Below are positions 58,284-64,000 of a stretch of 64,000 bases of DNA, piece after piece (position 1 is the first letter of the stretch; every line of letters starts with the position of its first letter). A program made the translations under genes and the position numbers. Source of the DNA: Fistulifera solaris (Eukaryota); assembly GCA_030295235.1 (NCBI GenBank), contig AP026135.1, positions 124,001-188,000 on the forward strand. The letters are read 5' to 3'. The notes under the pieces were generated by a model. It searched no databases. It was not told the DNA's origin and saw only the letters and a program-made list of their open reading frames with translations.

Positions 58284-59271
58284 CTAGCCAACATTCGCAT
58301 TGTAATATCCTCCCGCGTACGGCATGCCGGTCGGTAGCATGTGTTGCAGAGGCGGCGCCGCCGGAACAAAGACGGGAATAATCATACCGGCTTGATATCC
58401 TTCCGGGACAACGATTTGGACCGGATATCCCGCCGGAGATGTTACCACCATTTGTCGGCCCGGCATCAACACCGGTGGTACCTGTACTTGGATGGTCACG
58501 TGCCCCGGAGGTGGCGGTGGTAAATACGAGTACTGCATCGGGGAAAAGGGAGGATGCGGCGATGCGTGATATGCGGGTGGTGAGCCGAACAGTTGCGCTG
58601 GAGACGATCCTAGTGAAGAATGTACTACTGCATCGTTCGGCGTATCAGGCGGAGGATACGAAGCGAGAACGGCGAGATTCACTCCCGTAGCGGATTCTTC
58701 CTCTTTCGTTGGGGTGCTGTCTGGGGCCGAACCAACGGGAGTAGCTGGAGGTTTGGATTGCGTCGAATTTGTCTCAGCTGTTACCGAAGGCTCCGATGTA
58801 TTATTATTCGGTTGAGTATCTGTGTGCTCCGCCGAAATTGTTTTCCGAGACTGTACGGGAGAAGAAAAAGCGGGTATTGGGAGTTTGCTCGCGTCCGGAG
58901 AAGACTGAAAGGCAGACCAAGCAAAATTTTCGGCATTCTTGTTCTTTTTCTTGGGTCCCTTTTTCTTCCCACTATTGTTGTTGTTGTTGTTTTTACCCTT
59001 CTGTGCATTGGCTTCGTTTTGAGATTGTTGTTGTGGCTTGGGAGGCTTAGGTGAGGTCTTTTCGGTCTCGTCTTGCTTTTTTTTTATTCTTTTTGTTGCG
59101 CTTCTTTTTCGTTTTACTTTGTTCCGGAGACACGATCTCCGCTTCCGACCGTTCTTCCGGCTTTGAAATGATGATATCACTCCCACTCGATCCAATCCCT
59201 AACAAACCTTTGAGGGCAGCCGTTGCTTCGTTGACCTCTTGATCCATTTCCAACTTGCGTTCTATGTACAT
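58284..59271 (-). CDS. PNRC-motif (decapping-activator-like) low-complexity protein with a C-terminal beta module
   Basis: N-terminal ATAALKGLLGI helix, a Lys-rich tract and FAWSAFQSSPDASKLPIPAF (PNRC-type motif). Frameshift in the poly-T at about 59080. Confidence 0.7.
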
Positions 59272-60150
59272 TCTCGATCGTTTCGATGTATACGCCTCAC
59301 TTCTGAATAGATAGCAAAAGGTAAATAATATGAAATAGACAAAAGGATTGATGTACGTCTTTCAAGGTTTTATTGAATAGAAAGTGGATGATAAAATCTC
59401 TTCGTCGCTGTGTCCCGGCAACGCAACGAGGCTTTTCATCATGGTCATCCACGTTCTGTTGTCTGCTGCTGCAAAAACCAACAGTTCCTTCCGCAGCGAG
59501 CGAAAACGAACGAAATGAAAGGATTTTCTACGTCGTACAGGTAATGTTGACTACCGTTTCTTGTATCCGCTATTCAAGATAACAGGTTTTGTGCATAAGT
59601 AAGGAAATTTAATATCGATCTTATAGTGACGAATTTCTTTCCTCCTTTCGACAGTGTATATCGTTGGCTGTGACGAATGCCGTAGTCACAGACAGACGCA
59701 GTGTCGATCTAAGGTTACAACCAAACGAATCCGAATGAAACCGTAGCTAGAACCACTATTTTTTGACACTCCTTCGTTATTGAACGACAACAACTGCTTC
59801 TTCTCCTTCTGTTGTACTAATTAAGTAGTAAGAGAACTACTGCAGTAGAAACGCTCTTGCTAGACTGTTCGAGTGTCGTATCAACGTCATACATCACTAT
59901 TATCAGCATAGCTCTCAATCCAAAATGTTGAAGCGTCTCATGAGTGCATTGGTATCTAGAGTATTTCTATTATAGTAGATATCTTGGACTATTCGAAACG
60001 TTCAAAATAACCCAGGCGCTCCATTTAGCAATGATGTCATTCTTTGTACGACAAAAAAAGCACCAGGCAAATCTCGTATCCCATGACTTCCAACATTCCA
60101 ACTAAATCTACATACACGCACACGTGTCTTTAGCTTTTATTCTTTCAATA

Positions 60151-60459
60151 TTACTGCGCTTCATTCCGTTCCCGAATTTTTTGTCGCCGCGTCAATTTCA
60201 AAAAGCGACGTTTGTCGCGATCCGTGGCTTCTTCTAGGGGGAGTTTGCGCAATTGTGCCAATGAAGGCAAGGGTTGCGTCAAGGTATCCACCCAAGCCGG
60301 ATATTCCGATCGTTCCAACACGACCGGAGCGTCCTTGTCTTTGTATATTTTAAGGCCTGGGATCGGGGTCCCCGGTTTCATGGGGAACGATAGTGTACAC
60401 GACGATGCATACGAGCGTTTGGCGAGTTGGCGGTAGGATTTGTGGAATCGTGCGAACAT
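60151..60459 (-). CDS. MRPL54: Mitochondrial ribosomal protein mL54
   Basis: Presequence MFARFHKSYRQLAKRSYAS, then IPGLKIYKD..PV..ERSEYPAWV and RRQKIRERN. Confidence 0.85.
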   Translation of the reverse strand: MFARFHKSYRQLAKRSYASSCTLSFPMKPGTPIPGLKIYKDKDAPVVLERSEYPAWVDTLTQPLPSLAQLRKLPLEEATDRDKRRFLKLTRRQKIRERNEAQ

Positions 60460-60844
60460 TCTATGCTTCTTCCTTTTTAATATTATGATGATGATGGTGG
60501 TGGAAGAAGGAAACAATGTTGACAAGGGATTTGCGATCACAGGTAGTCTCTTTAAAAGATGGTTTGAAAAGTAAAAGGCGGTTTATAGGTTGATGCGGTA
60601 ACGGCGATGCTGCGTGTTGCTTGATGGCTTTTGTCGCACCTGAAAATCGATGCAAGCAAACGTGATTACCACATACCGGTATCCAACCCTGTGCCGCGCA
60701 ACGGTTGCCAAAGTTGCAACCAGCCGAAAGCACCCCAAGATCGTTCCTCCTACAATAAATATTCAATACCGAAAGAGCAATCGAACCATTCGATACTCGT
60801 TTCTTTTTCTTTGTCTTAATTTTCAACGACTCATCACTTCAAGA

Positions 60845-63800
60845 ATGCCCGACAAAGCTGACGAAGAAGCCGCGGCGGCTATGCTCATGAAACCCGGTCG
60901 CAGTGTCACTCTGACGACCCGGGCCCGTCGTCGTCGCGAAGAAGCCGTCCGCCGTTTGGTGGCCGATGTGCAAAGCAAAACGACCGAACACGACTGGTTG
61001 GTCGCTTCAACAGTCGCGGCCGCCCTCGAAAAAGGACTCGATCGAGATTTGCATACGGAATTGGTACAAGAAGCCAAAGACAATGCGGGTCGCATCGGAC
61101 AAGTCTGTCACGATCATGCGGATGTTTTCTTGTCGTCGGTGGCGCAAATTGCGGCATTGGCCGAGCCGGCCGCGGAATTAGCTGACGGCATTAAAGAAAA
61201 TCACCGCGAATTGAAAAATGCGACGGCGGGACCGATGCAGCAAGCGAATGCCCGTTGGGAGGCGGCGCAACAATCGTACGCCCGCGCCAAAACGTTGCAC
61301 GTCATGGTGGACGCCTGTCAACGTGTGGCGATCCAATTGGAGCGGGCCCGTAAGCAGGCAAATTTGGGACGTCCCAAGTCGGCACTCGATGCGGTGGATC
61401 AAGCCAGATATGCGCTAACGACACCCGTAGAGTCGCTCTTTGAAGGCAACGAGCGGGAATTGTGGAAGGCGACTACGAGTGCTAGTACAAAGACTGATGA
61501 AGATGATGAATATGATAATGCGGAAAATTCAAACAAAAATCGAGAAAAGTTGGTTAGTCTCGAGCAGACTCCTTTCGGTAATCGAGCCAGTATCATGTTA
61601 CCGAAGATTGAAAACGAAGTACTGATGAGTGCCAAGAGAGGCCTTAATCGATGGTTCATGGCGTTGCGGAATGGAGGTGAAGCGGCCAAAATTGGTCGGG
61701 TTATTTTGCGGCAGTGCGCCTATGCACAGGCATTGGGTCCGGGACGGTTGGGACTCGGCGGAATCCTGCCGCCTTCCTACATGTGGCGCAGCAAAGCCGC
61801 GGATAATTGCTTGGCCCGTGTCGATGTCAGTGGAAAGGTCGGTCGCTCCTTGCGCCTGGGCTACTTTTGTGATCGAGATGCACCCAAAGAGGCCGAGCGT
61901 CTCGAGAAATCGACCAAGGAAGGTTTGGAACGCCGTGTTGAAGCCATTGTCACTGCCTTTGGATTCTACCGCTGTTGGGATGAAAGCGCCCCGTTGCTAG
62001 TAGAGCCCGCCGAATTTGCCGAGCTAGTTGCGAACATGGATTCCAGTATTCGTTCTCGGGTGAGTACGTCGGGAAGTCGGCATGGTACGAGTGGCAGTCG
62101 ACACGGATTGCGTGGAAGTCGTCATGGTAAAGGGCGCTCCCTCGGGTTCCGGGCCAGTACGAGCAGTCGGAGTCAAGCGTATCAGGATATCAGCTCCACA
62201 TTGGGGGCTGCAGCGAATTTGCAGACGGGTAATCTCAAGAGTCGGTGGGTGGAGCTGTTCATCCCGGATGTTTTACAAGAAAGTTATAGTGGAAGGTGGG
62301 TTTTGAGTTCGTCGTTTACACAATTCGGATAACGTGGAAATGCTTTCTCTTACTTACCCTGTTGCTGCATTATATTTTCAGAAAAGAAGAGGAGATCTTG
62401 CTTTTACGCTTACCAGAGTCCGTCCATCCTGTCAGGAGGGCGGAGCTCGCTTTCACTTTGCTGGGAAGAAGCGACGAGTTTGTTGCGTACTACGAGTCGA
62501 ATCGATTCGGTGAAACCAAACTGTCTGGTGAGGGAGGTGAGAAAGCAAGGACAAGTTATTTATCCGCGCTTACAGGTGATGACATCAGCGTAGGAACAGA
62601 TCGTATTTTCTATGCGAAGACGCTGCCGCATTTGTGTGCATCCGTCATGGGCTTCTGTGCAATTGAAGCGGCCCTTGAATATGGAAACTTTTCAGATAAA
62701 GAAGGAGAAGCAACTTCGAGCAGCATGGCTAGATCTGGAATCAACAAGCAAGTCTCGATGAGTTCCGGTGGGTTTCGGGAATCATCCGAAGCTTATGAGA
62801 GAAGCCTGATTGGGGAGCTCGGATCAGTCTGCCGCTCGCGCTCTGTCAACGGGCAACTTTGCGAGCTCGTTCGCGCGTCAGTGTTGCTGTCAATTTTTCG
62901 TGGGGCGCTGAAAATTTCGCATCCTAGTTCGACGTCAAGACGCTTTGATAAAGATTTGCTTTCCGTTGACAAAAACATTTTGACCATTGCTCTCAAGGTT
63001 GCAAATGATGAACAGTTGCGCGTTTCAGCTGCGCTTTCGTACGATGATCAAAAAGTTCCCATGTTGGTTTCGGATGCTCCGACACGCATTGATACCAGGC
63101 AACCCGCCGCAACACTTTCTGGTATTCCTGATCCAGAAATCGAGAGTCTTCCGTTTGGGCTTAGTGAATTGATCCAAAAACCGTCACAGGTAGAACTTGA
63201 TTTCCAGGATCAAGCGAGAACCAGCTTTAATAGAGCACCCATGGATGAGGCGTTCACCTTTTCCCCGGCAGTTCCGCAGGTGATTCGTTCACTTCACGCT
63301 CGATCCATTACGCTGGCGGTATTCGCTTTGAGTCAAGTTGAGTTGGGTCAATTTTTTCCTGACAAGAAATGTTGCAATGCGGCTGCCTATGTCCTTGATG
63401 GCGTTGACGGACTAGTTACTTCGACTGCCATGGGTTTGAAAGATAGTGACAATGTTGCTGAAGAAGGCTCTGTCGAAAAGGCTGTCCAGGTAATGGCCAA
63501 TATTTCCGCGCTACAGCGGTGCCTCCCTCGGTTCTATGGCTGTTTGATTCGTGGGATGTGCAATATTGGTCTAATTCGATCTGACGAGGTCGATGCTACT
63601 TTGGCATACTCCGAAAGAGTGTTGAAATCCTCGGATAAAGCATGCGATGCCCAAGTGGGGAGCATGTACAGTCTCGTGTACGAGATTTGTAGGAACAAGA
63701 TCGATTCACACATGAATTTAGCTTTGGAGAATTTTCAATGGGTGGCGAAATCGGAACGCGATATGCCCAATGCGTACTGTGAAGGACTGATTGGATACCT

Positions 63801-64000
63801 TCGGTCCGTTTTTGCATCATTGGGTCCTATGGATGAAGGTTCTCGAGCTGGTTTGCACTTTTCGTGCTGTGGGCACATTGCCGAGAAACTCGTCAAGCTA
63901 TTATCGGGAAAACCTGGTGACACTGCCACGTTCGACGACTCGTCACTCCCGCCCATTACTCGTATTGATGCTTTTGGAATCAAGAATCTATTCACTGATT
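60845..64000 (+). CDS. SEC15: Exocyst subunit Sec15/EXOC6 (runs off the 3' end)
   Basis: N-terminal IGQVCHDHADVFLSSV and intron 62296-62381. The downstream frame stays open with KIDSHMNLALENFQW..PNAYCEGLIGYL, typical of Sec15. Confidence 0.85.

Noticed and set aside
2990..59271. Genome-wide programmed ribosomal frameshifting or mass pseudogenisation
   Set aside because: The breaks share no slippery or stop motif, sit mostly in homopolymers, and are not accompanied by nonsense or motif decay. Assembly error explains them better.
1..64000. tRNA, rRNA, snRNA, transposase or reverse-transcriptase genes
   Set aside because: I recognised no such signatures by eye. tRNAscan-SE/Infernal would be needed to exclude small RNAs formally.

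Overview
This is gene-dense eukaryotic nuclear DNA, almost certainly from a diatom. It has short GT-AG introns (about 65-195 nt), many bipartite plastid-targeting N-termini (signal peptide followed by an AF motif), an NPA/NPM aquaporin and several diatom-type protein families. About 35 protein-coding genes can be supported. They cover housekeeping (PFKFB, SKP1, PRORP, SNRNP27, PP2A-B'', TM9SF, a HECT E3, NDUFS8, mL54, SEC15), the plastid (oligopeptidase A, Psb27, LPA1-like, RseP-like, chorismate mutase, a peptidase S51) and lineage-specific or bacterial-like genes (DUF285 repeat protein, MBL-fold protein, CAP protein). About 16 genes are broken by single-base frameshifts, mostly at homopolymers, which most likely reflects long-read assembly error. 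I found no rRNA, tRNA, CRISPR array or transposase, and no multi-gene novel system can be demonstrated from the sequence. The best leads are: (1) a stand-alone lipoyl-like domain lacking the lipoylated Lys; (2) a prolyl 4-hydroxylase with a VHL-beta-like domain, head-to-head with a HECT ligase; (3) an unnamed VxVPxGxxPGQ beta module present three times in that HECT ligase and once in a PNRC-motif protein; (4) an SH3BGR-like domain inside a GRIP golgin; (5) an array of CACAGA-N3-TCTGTG palindromes at about 4.4-4.65 kb; (6) a PRORP that seems to have lost its structural zinc site. All family calls come from recognising motifs by eye; no searches were run.
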